IMG/VR virus record: IMGVR_UViG_3300010938_000009
Location: 1 to 64,000 of that record
Length of the DNA: 64,000 nucleotides
Reading direction: 5' to 3' (one strand)
DNA from: a virus
Part shown: positions 21,023 through 30,362 of the stretch, piece by piece
Layout: each line of letters opens with the position of its first letter
Numbering within the stretch: position 1 is the stretch's first letter
Notes under the pieces: model-generated
The model's input: only the letters and a program-made list of their open reading frames with translations
What the model was told of the DNA's origin: nothing
Database searches by the model: none
Program-made: the position numbers and the translations under genes

Positions 21023-24000
21023 ATGCCTCAAATTCCATCAAGTCAAGGAAGCCCTCAAGCGTCGAATATCGCCGTGCAAGGTGCTCTACCTTTAATTGGT
21101 ACGCCGTCTAGAGAAAACGGACAATCAGTTCTAAATTCTATAGATGCGTCATTAGCCAAACTATATGAAGATCGTAATGTACTACTAGCAGGTGGAGGTA
21201 ACATAACCTTTACAGGCACTCAACTACAATTTACTGAAGATCTTTTTATACATATAAATTCACAAGTAGGTGGAGGTACTCCTACTGTAATTAATCTAGG
21301 AGCTGCTACTCTAGATCTATCTGCTAATAATCGTATGGCTTATGCAGTTATTGATAGAGATCTAGGTACAGGTACTATTACTGATGACTCAGCTACTCTC
21401 CCTGCTGTACTAGCAGCTAACGTAGAAGTATTTCTAATAGCTAAACGTATAGATAATGCAGACGCTACTAAAAGAGTTTACTTTCTAGATGGTAGCACTA
21501 TAGGCGAAGGCGGTACTTCTAAATTATATGCTGGCGGTTCAGGTAGCTCTACTTTAATAGTTAAAGATGAGGGTACTAATGTAGATACAGCCGTAACAAC
21601 TTTAAATTTTACTGGAGCTGGAGTTACAGTTACTAACCCTAGTGCTGGAGTAGTTGATATAAATATTTCAGGAGGCGGTTCTGGAGGCGGAGGAGGCGGA
21701 GGAAGTCCTGAAGATCTTCTTACAAGAGAAGAAGCTGGACAATTACCTACTCAAATCCCTAATACTATAATCGATCCTTTTAATAATGAAGTCGGTGATA
21801 ATTCTAATAGAACCAATACTGAAGAAGTTCAATCTGCTCTTAGATTAGTAGTAGGTCAAACTACAGGCTATAAAGAATATGAATTTGAAACCTCTACGAA
21901 TCCAATTGCTAATGTAGATGGAAGAATTAGAGCGGTTATTCCTGCTTACGCTCCAATAGCTGAAGCGATTTCAGGAAACTTAATTAAAATAAGCGGTAAT
22001 GTAACTAATATCTTCAGTACTGCTAGTAAAATCATAATCGCTAAACAAATAGATCAATTAGGAAGAGATAATTATATACATTTAATTGATACCGATAATA
22101 AACCTGCGGTATTGGCTTTAAGTAACGTAACTTATAATAGCGGTACAGGTAATACTGAATTAACCGTAACTAATCCCAACTCTTTAGATTTAGACATGGG
22201 TATTTCAGCGGCTAATATTCCCGAACAATTAAGAGTATTTCCGTACAGTTTAACCGTAGAAGCTTCAGGCAATGGTTTAGCTAACTTAGAAGAACTTGAA
22301 TTAGATGATGCTCATGCTATTGATACCGTAAGCATTCCTGGTGAAAATACTTTAAGACAAATTGGAAGTCTTTCTGGGAGTATTCAAAGAACCGATTATG
22401 CTAGATCTCCAAACGGTCAATATTTTGTAATAAGAGCACTAGAAAAAACATCAGGGAATTCACTTTTTCACTGGTTTTATTCTGTAGACAGAGGTCAAAC
22501 ATGGACAAAATTTCCAACAACAAAAAGCAACAACATCGATCAAGGAGATGAACTAGGAGATAATCTACACAACTTACATTCTGGTCAAATAGTTGTTTCT
22601 AATAATGGAAAAATGTTTAGCACTTATTCGTTTTTTAACACTGTGTATGAAATTAGAGGAGTGTACGCCGATTTAACAGCAATGACTCCTACACTAACAG
22701 ACACAGCAGACCATGGAGCTGGAGCAGGAATAATTCATCAATACGGTGCGTTCGATAAAACGGCTCAAGTTGCAGCAGATTTAACTGATTTAAGTTTTAT
22801 TGCCGTATTATCAAAACAAGCTAGCAGTGAAAATTTTAGAATAAGATGGTTTTCTAATGGAGGAGCTACTAATTTAGGAGCTTTAACTTCTGATGTTACT
22901 CATAACCCTTCTACAAGTATCGCTGGATTTTGGATATCCGGCACTAGTCCCAATAGAAGAACACATGTGGTTTATAGAAATAGTGCTACTAGTATTTTAT
23001 ATAACAGATATACAGAAGGAAACTATAGTACCGCTACGGTTTCTGGAACTACTGTACATTCAGGAAATAGGACCATAATAGGATTTGGATCTAATTCAGA
23101 TTATGGATTAATTCTTTTTAGAGACTCTTCTAATCTTCCTTATTTTAGACATATTAATAATTCTTCAGAATCTATTTCATCAGAGTTTTCTTTAAGTAGT
23201 TTGGCAACAGACTTGTTTACAGGAACAGGAACAGAGGGGGATAAAACTCTTCATAAAGTTATAAACGGAAGGGTTAAATTCAGAACGAACACTCATGCCT
23301 TTATATGCTTAGATATGGTTCACCCAGACGGGGTGAGAAGACCTCATATATTTGAAGTGCAGGATATTACGAGTTATCAGGGAGAACACTTAACTCACAC
23401 TTCTGTTGCGGCACCAACTGAAACATTCAGAACTAATTCTTCAGAGCAACAAAAAAGCATGACGTTTTTAGCTAATGCTAACAGGGTTAGATCAATCACC
23501 GTAAGATTAAATAGTAACGGGATTATCGGACCTGGATACGAAATGCAAATGAAACTTTATGCAGTAACTCCAAACAATAATACAGGATTGCCTACAGGAG
23601 CAGTATTATATGTTTCAAATAATAAAATAGACCCTAATCTTTTAACTAAAAGTTCAAGTGGACAAGATGTTACCTTTAATTTTGATAATGTTAGTTTAAC
23701 AAACGGTTCTTATTATGCGTACGTTCTAGAAGGTACTCAGCCAATTGACGCTACAAACTTTGTAAAAGTATTTGGTGGCATTTCTTCTTATGCCGACGGT
23801 AGTGGTGGGAATTATAACGGTACATCATGGAGCGGATCTACATTTGATGCCTATTTTAGAATTAGTGGGGACTACAACAGAGAAATAGGAAATGCAGAAT
23901 CTTCTTCAAATTCAGTTTCCGGAGTAACTTTAGACAACTCTGAATCTCAAATAGAGATTATTGATTCAAATCAAATTCAATTTATTACCAGAAAAGAATT

Positions 24001-25129
24001 AAGACCTCTTAATGCAGATTCTTGGAAACCGTCTACCGGACATCCTTATAGAAGAGTTATTAATTTAAGTAACACTTTAGGTACTCAATCTACATACACT
24101 AATTTAGTACAAGCTGCTTATAAAGATTTTGATCCTTATTTAATATACAATGTAAGTCACGGTGGGGATGATTCTAACCGAATCAATATGACTACAGGAG
24201 CTTTAGAGGCTTCAGGTGTTGAAGGTGAAGACCGCTCAGGATGGAATCACACACTTTCAGCAGGTTCTACTCCAACCAGAACGACAAATGCTTCTTTTTT
24301 ATCAGGCTTTTGTACTGATTTTAACGGAAGTTCTCACTATAGAGCATATACTGATATGCATGGGTTTGACTTATATTCTTCCAGAGCTTTTGCTATAGAA
24401 GTCGAAGTACTTCCTGATGTCGTAACAGGCGGAGTTATGATTAGCCACTATGAAGTAGGGGGCGGTAATACGAGAGGGTGGGAGTTTAAATTCCTACCAG
24501 GCGGTGCTATTAGATTTTTAGCCGCAAACACTTCGGGCACAACATTAGCCGATGCGCAAACGAATACAGGATTTGCAACGGTTTCAACTTATCAGATTTA
24601 TAGAGTTATTTATTTAGGAAATAATACAGCTCCAAAAATATATAAATCATCCTCCCCAACGGGAACTTTTACAGAAGCGACGTATGCGTCTACTACTGCC
24701 TTTGTTTCAGGAAATACAGCATCAGCAGCAGAACTTGTTGTTGGAGCAAGAGGGGGATCTTCTAAATCCGAGTTTTATGATGGAAAAATAGGCTATACCA
24801 AGTTTATTAATGGTTCTTCTACTTTTGTTTATAACGGATTTAAAAACCAAGCTCCTGTAACCCAAATCCAAAACTTAGGTTCGAGTGTAGTAGGTGAACA
24901 ACAAATTGGACAAAACCGATCAACTCAAGATACTTTAGGTAACTATGACCGATTAGCTCAGTCTCGTCAAGACCGATCTTTAGTTGATACATTAGATCAA
25001 TATTTTGTTTATAAAAAAACAGGTATGACTAATACAGGTAACAAACCTGCTTTAAAAGTGACTCTTAATCGAGTTTCAAATGATGACCAAAAACGACTTC
25101 CTGGTCTAATTATGAAATGGGAAAAATAA
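21023..25129 (+). CDS. Large tail fibre/receptor-binding protein (Asp-box, LamG-like domain)
   Basis: VKDEG.......LNFTGAGVT; Gly linker; SVDRGQTW Asp-box; DFNG...F.IE..V...GWEF...L.VG...F.GKI LamG-like region. Confidence 0.75.
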   Translation: MPQIPSSQGSPQASNIAVQGALPLIGTPSRENGQSVLNSIDASLAKLYEDRNVLLAGGGNITFTGTQLQFTEDLFIHINSQVGGGTPTVINLGAATLDLSANNRMAYAVIDRDLGTGTITDDSATLPAVLAANVEVFLIAKRIDNADATKRVYFLDGSTIGEGGTSKLYAGGSGSSTLIVKDEGTNVDTAVTTLNFTGAGVTVTNPSAGVVDINISGGGSGGGGGGGSPEDLLTREEAGQLPTQIPNTIIDPFNNEVGDNSNRTNTEEVQSALRLVVGQTTGYKEYEFETSTNPIANVDGRIRAVIPAYAPIAEAISGNLIKISGNVTNIFSTASKIIIAKQIDQLGRDNYIHLIDTDNKPAVLALSNVTYNSGTGNTELTVTNPNSLDLDMGISAANIPEQLRVFPYSLTVEASGNGLANLEELELDDAHAIDTVSIPGENTLRQIGSLSGSIQRTDYARSPNGQYFVIRALEKTSGNSLFHWFYSVDRGQTWTKFPTTKSNNIDQGDELGDNLHNLHSGQIVVSNNGKMFSTYSFFNTVYEIRGVYADLTAMTPTLTDTADHGAGAGIIHQYGAFDKTAQVAADLTDLSFIAVLSKQASSENFRIRWFSNGGATNLGALTSDVTHNPSTSIAGFWISGTSPNRRTHVVYRNSATSILYNRYTEGNYSTATVSGTTVHSGNRTIIGFGSNSDYGLILFRDSSNLPYFRHINNSSESISSEFSLSSLATDLFTGTGTEGDKTLHKVINGRVKFRTNTHAFICLDMVHPDGVRRPHIFEVQDITSYQGEHLTHTSVAAPTETFRTNSSEQQKSMTFLANANRVRSITVRLNSNGIIGPGYEMQMKLYAVTPNNNTGLPTGAVLYVSNNKIDPNLLTKSSSGQDVTFNFDNVSLTNGSYYAYVLEGTQPIDATNFVKVFGGISSYADGSGGNYNGTSWSGSTFDAYFRISGDYNREIGNAESSSNSVSGVTLDNSESQIEIIDSNQIQFITRKELRPLNADSWKPSTGHPYRRVINLSNTLGTQSTYTNLVQAAYKDFDPYLIYNVSHGGDDSNRINMTTGALEASGVEGEDRSGWNHTLSAGSTPTRTTNASFLSGFCTDFNGSSHYRAYTDMHGFDLYSSRAFAIEVEVLPDVVTGGVMISHYEVGGGNTRGWEFKFLPGGAIRFLAANTSGTTLADAQTNTGFATVSTYQIYRVIYLGNNTAPKIYKSSSPTGTFTEATYASTTAFVSGNTASAAELVVGARGGSSKSEFYDGKIGYTKFINGSSTFVYNGFKNQAPVTQIQNLGSSVVGEQQIGQNRSTQDTLGNYDRLAQSRQDRSLVDTLDQYFVYKKTGMTNTGNKPALKVTLNRVSNDDQKRLPGLIMKWEK

Positions 25130-25168
25130 CGGAGATTAAAAATATCAAGATTAATCAAACAAGACTAA

Positions 25169-25579
25169 ACAGGAACTACTAAAATAGTTAAAATTGGAAG
25201 TAATGCGGCTGGATCTAGTTTCTATGATGGAAGACTAGGATATTTTAAATTTAATAACGGATCTTCTACATTTAATTATCCTGGTTGGTATTCTCAAGCT
25301 CCTGTTACGAATATTCAAAATCTTGGAACTAGCATTTTCGGAGAGCAACAAATTGGTAATAACTTAACTACTCAAAATGCTACTTCGGGTAACTATAACC
25401 GTCTTGTAACATCTCAATCTGACCGCTCTAAGGTAGATGCGTACGAGTTATATGCTACTGTGGCTAAATCCATGACAAATACAGGTAATGAAACTTCGGT
25501 AAAAGTAACTATGAATAGACAATCGAATAACAATGAATCATCTATTCCTGGTTTAATATTTAAATTCGAAAAAGAATAA
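25169..25579 (+). pseudogene. Orphan alternative C-terminus of the tail fibre (136 codons, no start)
   Basis: FYDGRLGYFKFNNGSSTF...QAPVTNIQNLG...GEQQIG...GNYNRL...MTNTGN...KVTMNR...PGLIFKFEKE* parallels the fibre C-terminus in the same frame. Confidence 0.85.
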
Positions 25580-25639
25580 TCCAAAACAGCAATTGATGGT
25601 TCTAATATGGAAGGTTATAACGTAAGGTTTAATAAATAA
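25580..25639 (+). pseudogene. Second, shorter orphan fibre C-terminal remnant
   Basis: SKTAIDGSNMEGYNVRFNK* aligns with ...ESSIPGLIFKFEK and ...QKRLPGLIMKWEK; same frame. Confidence 0.5.
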
Positions 25640-25642
25640 CTC

Positions 25643-25671
25643 TTGCTATAATAACTACTATAACGTATAAT
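25643..25671 (+). promoter_or_regulatory. Sigma70-like promoter
   Basis: TTGCTA-N17-TATAAT upstream of the ferritin and endolysin genes. Confidence 0.5.
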
Positions 25672-25672
25672 T

Positions 25673-25852
25673 ATGAAAGATATTGTAGATAAAAAGTCTA
25701 GGTTACTGTTTTGCTATGACAACCTTTATAATATGTATAAAAGGAATTATATAAAAAGGTTTAAAGATTTAAAACTAGTAACTTTTAACTTAACTTTTGA
25801 ACAAATAAACGGCATTAGAAAAAAACGGCAAAGAAGAATTACTGAGGAGTAA
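25673..25852 (+). pseudogene. Short ORF resembling an HNH homing-endonuclease fragment
   Basis: LYNMYKRNY..R.....FNLTFEQ resembles the pre-HNH helix; catalytic part absent. Confidence 0.35.
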
Positions 25853-25855
25853 ACA

Positions 25856-26281
25856 ATGGAACAAATAGCTTTTATTAAACCTATTATAGCTTTAAGAGTA
25901 TTACAGTTATATTACCATAACGCACACTTACTAGTTAAAGGACCTACCTTTCTAAGTGATCATAACTTACTAAGTGAGTTCTATAAAGGTATAGAACTAG
26001 AGTTTGATAGCCTATCAGAATATATGATAGCTACTTTAGGTACTAACAGTTATGATACTGTAGCTATAGCTAATATACTATCAGAAAAACTAGCTATGCT
26101 AGGTCCTGCTTATAATGATACTACTATGATGTACTCTGTAGCTCTACAACTAGAACAAGAACTACAAGCTACTCTAATAGAACTAAATAGCCAAGCTACT
26201 CTAGGTTTACAGAACCTAATAGGAGCTATAGCAGAAGCTAGTGACATTAGAAAATATAAGATTCAACAAAGAGTTAGTTAA
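25856..26281 (+). CDS. Ferritin-like/Dps-like protein
   Basis: YH.AH..VKG.TF..DH.LL.EFY......D.L.E; G..NL...I......Y. Confidence 0.75.
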   Translation: MEQIAFIKPIIALRVLQLYYHNAHLLVKGPTFLSDHNLLSEFYKGIELEFDSLSEYMIATLGTNSYDTVAIANILSEKLAMLGPAYNDTTMMYSVALQLEQELQATLIELNSQATLGLQNLIGAIAEASDIRKYKIQQRVS

Positions 26282-26727
26282 TGAGTAATAATACTTGGTT
26301 AATTTCTAAATACTTTACAGAAAAAGAAGTAAATCCAAATAATTACCCATTAACAGAAGAACTAAAGCAGAACTTACAGAAACTAATAATTAAAATGGAC
26401 GTAGTAAGAGATACTTTAGGTAAACCTATAATAGTTACTAGTTGTTTAAGAGCTTTAGCTGATCAACAAAGAATTAACCCTACAGCTCCTAAATCAGCTC
26501 ACCTAGAAGGTTTAGCAATAGATTTTGTAGTTAAAGGTATGACAGTAGACGAAGTGTTGGATATATTGCAACCTTCTTGTCATATTATGGGATTTGCTCT
26601 AGAAAATAACGGTTCAGTAAAAAGAATAAAAGAAAATGGAGGTAACGTAAGCCAACCTAGAAATTGGGTACACTTACAAGTTAAACCTCTAGCTAGGCCG
26701 CCTCAGTGGCGGATTTTTAACCCTTAG
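26281..26727 (+). CDS. Peptidase M15 endolysin
   Basis: VR..LG.PI.VTS..R...N...S.H..G.A.D...WVHL zinc-peptidase motif. Confidence 0.85.
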   Translation: MSNNTWLISKYFTEKEVNPNNYPLTEELKQNLQKLIIKMDVVRDTLGKPIIVTSCLRALADQQRINPTAPKSAHLEGLAIDFVVKGMTVDEVLDILQPSCHIMGFALENNGSVKRIKENGGNVSQPRNWVHLQVKPLARPPQWRIFNP

Positions 26728-26788
26728 TAATTATAGTTTACGGCCTAAACGATTATAATTATTAAAATTGTACAATTGGAGGAATTAA

Positions 26789-27271
26789 ATGAGCGCACTA
26801 AGTTTAAAGAAAAAGCTCGCTCGTAGAGAGAAATACGTACAGCAAGTAGCTGACGGTTTTGATTTCATTAACAAAATAAATCAAAGAGAAGAAATTCTAG
26901 AGGACTCTCCTGGAGCTTTAAAATTAATGAGAGGAATTCAAAGACGATTAGATTCAGATTTCGGTTTACAAGGATTAGCTAAAGAACCGCCTTTATCAGT
27001 AAAACTACAAGCAGACTTAGAAAGAATTGACTTTGGAGTAAGTGATTTTGGAATTCGAGCTACTTTAGCTGCTGGACTAATAGAAAAATTAGGTATTCAA
27101 CCTAATGATAAGATTTTAGTATTACAAGGAGACTTAAAAGGAATGTACTTAAACGTAGTTTCTCTAGAGTCTGCTACAGAATTAAGATTAGAAGACGTAG
27201 CTAGTTTTGTACTAGAAACTAACGTACAACTAAGAGCTGACCTTTCGGCAGAAAAGAAAAGCTACTCTTAA
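26789..27271 (+). CDS. Hypothetical protein
   Basis: 160 aa ORF with SD GGAGGA. Confidence 0.6.
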   Translation: MSALSLKKKLARREKYVQQVADGFDFINKINQREEILEDSPGALKLMRGIQRRLDSDFGLQGLAKEPPLSVKLQADLERIDFGVSDFGIRATLAAGLIEKLGIQPNDKILVLQGDLKGMYLNVVSLESATELRLEDVASFVLETNVQLRADLSAEKKSYS

Positions 27272-27321
27272 TATTACAATAAAATAAGAAAAGCCGACCA
27301 CCAATGAAGGTAATCGGCTCG

Positions 27322-27371
27322 AAAGGCTTCAAACTACTAAATACTCCTCGGAAGTAGTTTGGGGCCTTTTT
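27322..27371. terminator. Terminator at the convergence of the two gene blocks (possibly bidirectional)
   Basis: AAAGGCTTCAAACTACT...AGTAGTTTGGGGCCTTTT stem with G-U pairs; second hairpin at 27292-27319. Confidence 0.7.
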
Positions 27372-27630
27372 ATTTATTAATTTCAATTACATTTGTAGCG
27401 CAATTAATTTCTTTTATAGAACCATAAATAGATTGACAGTTTTTTAATTTCATACCACAAAAGTTTTTAGAATAACTTTCGCATACAATATAACCTACAT
27501 TCATAATAAAAAAAGACTTAGGCGGCTTATCAAGAAATTGGTAAGTCGCTTTTTTTATTTCTGCAGCGTTAAGGTAAATTAAACCTCCGCCGACACTCAA
27601 CACAAATAACAATAATAACCTTTTTAACAT
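27370..27630 (-). CDS. Signal-anchored Cys-containing small protein
   Basis: N-terminal hydrophobic segment, 4 Cys. Confidence 0.55.
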   Translation of the reverse strand: MLKRLLLLFVLSVGGGLIYLNAAEIKKATYQFLDKPPKSFFIMNVGYIVCESYSKNFCGMKLKNCQSIYGSIKEINCATNVIEINK

Positions 27631-27646
27631 TTATAACTCCCTTAAG

Positions 27647-28012
27647 TTATTTATTAGGAATAGTAGGTTGATACAAAGGGCAGAACTTATAATGCATATC
27701 ACTATAAGTAGTTTCTCCTAATCCGCACTCACAAAGACCTATTCTATCACTTTTATAATCTCTTTCAGTACCTAGAAATGCTTCTCCTGGTCTAAACTCT
27801 TTATCTACTAGCTTTTCTATCATATCTTTAGTACTATAATAAGGTCCTATACTACAACTAGACTTAATAGTATCTACTTTGTATAGGTCTTCTTTAACTT
27901 TAGTAAGTATTATATAATTAACTCCTTTACGTAGTATAGTGTAGTACTTTAATACTTTCTTTTCACCTACAATCCAATTAGTTAAGTAAGTAGTAGCTTC
28001 AGTATTAGTCAC
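27647..28012 (-). CDS. Hypothetical protein with C-terminal CxCG-H-CP putative zinc motif
   Basis: CECGLGETTYSDMHYKFCPLY. Confidence 0.55.
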   Translation of the reverse strand: MTNTEATTYLTNWIVGEKKVLKYYTILRKGVNYIILTKVKEDLYKVDTIKSSCSIGPYYSTKDMIEKLVDKEFRPGEAFLGTERDYKSDRIGLCECGLGETTYSDMHYKFCPLYQPTIPNK

Positions 28013-28082
28013 CTATTCTCCATATAGTATTTTACCTAGTTCAGTAGTTCTAGCTAACTTTTATTTCAAGAATTTTTTTCAT
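28013..28082 (-). pseudogene. Collapsed gene remnant ending KLARTTELGKILYGE*
   Basis: ATG at 28082 (MKKILEIK) is out of frame with the tail; tail is 32/37 nt identical to 31249-31285. Confidence 0.55.
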
Positions 28083-28083
28083 A

Positions 28084-28836
28084 TTATTTCTTTTTAGCTT
28101 TTTTAGTCAAAGCTTTAAAGCTATCAGCTATATCTTTAATTTCTTTCATTCTTTTATCTCTATTAGCAGGGTTACCGTTCCAACTTAATTCCCAAACTAT
28201 ACTATAAAGTATTTGACCTAGAGTATATTCAGGGTTATCTAGAGTTATTAGTTCTCTCCAACCTCTATTAGTAGTAGTAACTTTATTATTCATATCTTCT
28301 TCGTAGATAGTAAACTTATTGTTAAGTTTTAAAGGTATATTAATAAGAGTATTAGGAGCTGAGAAACTAACTCCATAAGGAGTTCTGCTGCCTTTAGCAG
28401 CCTCAACAGCTTTAGAACCGTCAGAGTTCTTCCAACCAAAATACTTAGTCTTTTTTCGTTCAAACCCCATTCCGTGAAAGTCTGGTCGGTTAAAACCGCA
28501 AAAATTGTCACCGTACTTTTTCCACCTAGTTTGAATAGGGTTATAATAGACCTCTAAATACTCTATTTCTTCGGGCCCTACTTTATAAGGGGCTGGCTTA
28601 GTTTTTAAACCTTCAGTAACTAGTTCTTTAGTCCAATTACCTAATACAGCGTTAAACTGGTCTAAATTCGATTCTAATAGCTTAAATACAGATTTTAAGG
28701 TACAAGCTTTATCTAGCTCGCACGGCTCAAATAAAAGCTTTATAGCGCTTTTAGTAACGTCCTTATATAAGTAACGCTTAGACTTAGGACTCCAGTACTT
28801 TTCTTTTAGTTTTCCCTTTTCTGTTATTTTTAACAC
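28084..28836 (-). CDS. Hypothetical phage protein
   Basis: 250 aa ORF; TL..IL.SI.WELSW.G.P..RD. Confidence 0.6.
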   Translation of the reverse strand: MLKITEKGKLKEKYWSPKSKRYLYKDVTKSAIKLLFEPCELDKACTLKSVFKLLESNLDQFNAVLGNWTKELVTEGLKTKPAPYKVGPEEIEYLEVYYNPIQTRWKKYGDNFCGFNRPDFHGMGFERKKTKYFGWKNSDGSKAVEAAKGSRTPYGVSFSAPNTLINIPLKLNNKFTIYEEDMNNKVTTTNRGWRELITLDNPEYTLGQILYSIVWELSWNGNPANRDKRMKEIKDIADSFKALTKKAKKK

Positions 28837-29128
28837 TTTTCTTTCCTTTTTTAGTAGTTTCTGTAGTTTTCTGTAGCTTTTTATTATTTTCTATTGGCGG
28901 CTCGTAATAAGCGTTCTCTAAGTCCCATTTTCTATTAGGAATTTGAGCGTAACCTACTTCTTTAATTTCTAACTCAATTATACCACAATCTTTACAGCAT
29001 TCACACTTTTTTCTACAATCTTTTAAATTATCGTATATTTTATAAGGACCTGTGTCGCCTTCTCCAAATTCGTAATAAAAAGTAGTAGCACACATATAAG
29101 CTCTTACTTTCTTTTTTTTATTTTTCAT
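28784..29128 (-). CDS. Hypothetical protein
   Basis: YMC..F.YE.G...C..CGI.E.E. Confidence 0.55.
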   Translation of the reverse strand: MKNKKKKVRAYMCATTFYYEFGEGDTGPYKIYDNLKDCRKKCECCKDCGIIELEIKEVGYAQIPNRKWDLENAYYEPPIENNKKLQKTTETTKKGKKSVKNNRKGKTKRKVLES

Positions 29129-29384
29129 ATGGTTCCTTTAGTTTTCGTTTAATCTTACGTAAACACTGTCTAACTCGTTCTCTAGTAATATCTAATATAT
29201 CAGCAGTAATACTAATATCTTTAGTTTCTGTATATAAATCGTAATATTTAATTAAACCTGAATAGGAACTAATCCTATTAGGGTTCTTATTCATTAGGTA
29301 TAATAACTCGTTGTAGTGAGGGTAGCCGTTTTTATAGTCGAAGTAGTACCATTTTAGTTTATTAATTAGAATCTTCAAGTTCAT
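29118..29384 (-). CDS. Sigma70 region-4-like HTH protein
   Basis: ADILDITRERVRQ.L.K. Confidence 0.6.
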   Translation of the reverse strand: MNLKILINKLKWYYFDYKNGYPHYNELLYLMNKNPNRISSYSGLIKYYDLYTETKDISITADILDITRERVRQCLRKIKRKLKEPYEK

Positions 29385-29640
29385 AATCTTCTTTTTCTCC
29401 AGGTTCTAATAGTCTACCTTTTAGGTCCGACCAATGGCGTCGGTCATAAAAATATAAACTCAAACCTATACCGAATATAGTAGCTTCTATACTGAAACCT
29501 GGGTGATCTTGTTTTCTAGAAAGAAAACCGCTAAATACAAATCCTAAGTAGAACTTGTGGTGTAAAGTGAACTCTATATATTTGTTTTTACCTATACCGA
29601 AACTTAAATTTAAACCGTTAAAATCTCTAATTATTTTCAT
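29362..29640 (-). CDS. Hypothetical protein
   Basis: DH.G...FYD.RHW motif, 92 aa. Confidence 0.55.
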   Translation of the reverse strand: MKIIRDFNGLNLSFGIGKNKYIEFTLHHKFYLGFVFSGFLSRKQDHPGFSIEATIFGIGLSLYFYDRRHWSDLKGRLLEPGEKEDYELEDSN

Positions 29641-29660
29641 ATAACCTCTATATAAAGAGA

Positions 29661-29825
29661 TTAGTCTTCCGTGACTAGAATCTCTTCTACTTCTTCGCCT
29701 TCCTCTAGCTTAATAGTAGTTTCAAATACAATTTTATCATAAGTATCATCTTCGTCGTCTTCGTATATATCAGTAGCTACTGCCCAAATACACATATCAG
29801 TAATCCAGTCGTCTGTTATTTTCAT
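29661..29825 (-). CDS. Small acidic protein (54 aa), probably leaderless
   Basis: MKITDDWITDMCIWAVATDIYEDDEDD...; ATG 6 nt after a perfect -10 box. Confidence 0.55.
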   Translation of the reverse strand: MKITDDWITDMCIWAVATDIYEDDEDDTYDKIVFETTIKLEEGEEVEEILVTED

Positions 29826-29831
29826 ATTAGT

Positions 29832-29860
29832 ATTATAGCTCTAATCAGTTTTCTTGTCAA
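29832..29860 (-). promoter_or_regulatory. Consensus sigma70 promoter
   Basis: TTGACA-N17-TATAAT. Confidence 0.8.
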
Positions 29861-30110
29861 TCTTTTTTTTACAATACTTTTTAGGTTTATCTCCAGGGTA
29901 GCCCATAATAACTTCCGTGTCTCCAGAGTGACCGTGAATTTCAATTAATTGTTCTAAATTTTTAAAAACCGACAAAGAACTAGTAAAAGTCTGCCACTCT
30001 ATAATAACTTGTCCACTAGGAAACTTAGCTCCAACAGCAATGACTCCAGTACCACTGACTCCCGTACTATCTTTATGTCTTTTTAAATAAAAAGGTTCTA
30101 CTTTTAACAT
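29841..30110 (-). CDS. Conserved phage hypothetical protein
   Basis: D.TGVSGTG..A.G..F.SG....W...S......HGH.G.T motif. Confidence 0.65.
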   Translation of the reverse strand: MLKVEPFYLKRHKDSTGVSGTGVIAVGAKFPSGQVIIEWQTFTSSLSVFKNLEQLIEIHGHSGDTEVIMGYPGDKPKKYCKKKIDKKTD

Positions 30111-30113
30111 ATA

Positions 30114-30362
30114 TTACCTACCACATATAGCATGATAACTTAATTCCCCTACTTTAGCGAAGTACTTTAAACAAGGAGAATTACGGTAGATCTGCTTACA
30201 TCTACTTTTACAATAGTTTAAAGTATTATTATCGTGTTCTGTCCAAGCTGTATCAGTATTATTAACTACTGTAGTACTAGGACAGGTATTACTAGGAGTT
30301 ACTTTAGTAGTAGTTGTGGTTGTAGTACAACTAATAGCTAGTAATAGTAATAATTTAGTCAT
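30114..30362 (-). CDS. Putative lipoprotein, Cys-rich
   Basis: Lipobox LAISC followed by a Thr run and 5 further Cys. Confidence 0.6.
   Translation of the reverse strand: MTKLLLLLAISCTTTTTTTKVTPSNTCPSTTVVNNTDTAWTEHDNNTLNYCKSRCKQIYRNSPCLKYFAKVGELSYHAICGR

Noticed and set aside
25127-25639. Stop-codon readthrough joining the fibre to the orphan tips
   Set aside because: The separators are TAA, the main stop codon here, and two lie before the first orphan. Recombination remnants are the simpler explanation.
1-27271. Stand-alone bacterial eCIS or tailocin
   Set aside because: It is contiguous with phage replication genes, an endolysin and dense small phage ORFs, with no cellular housekeeping context.
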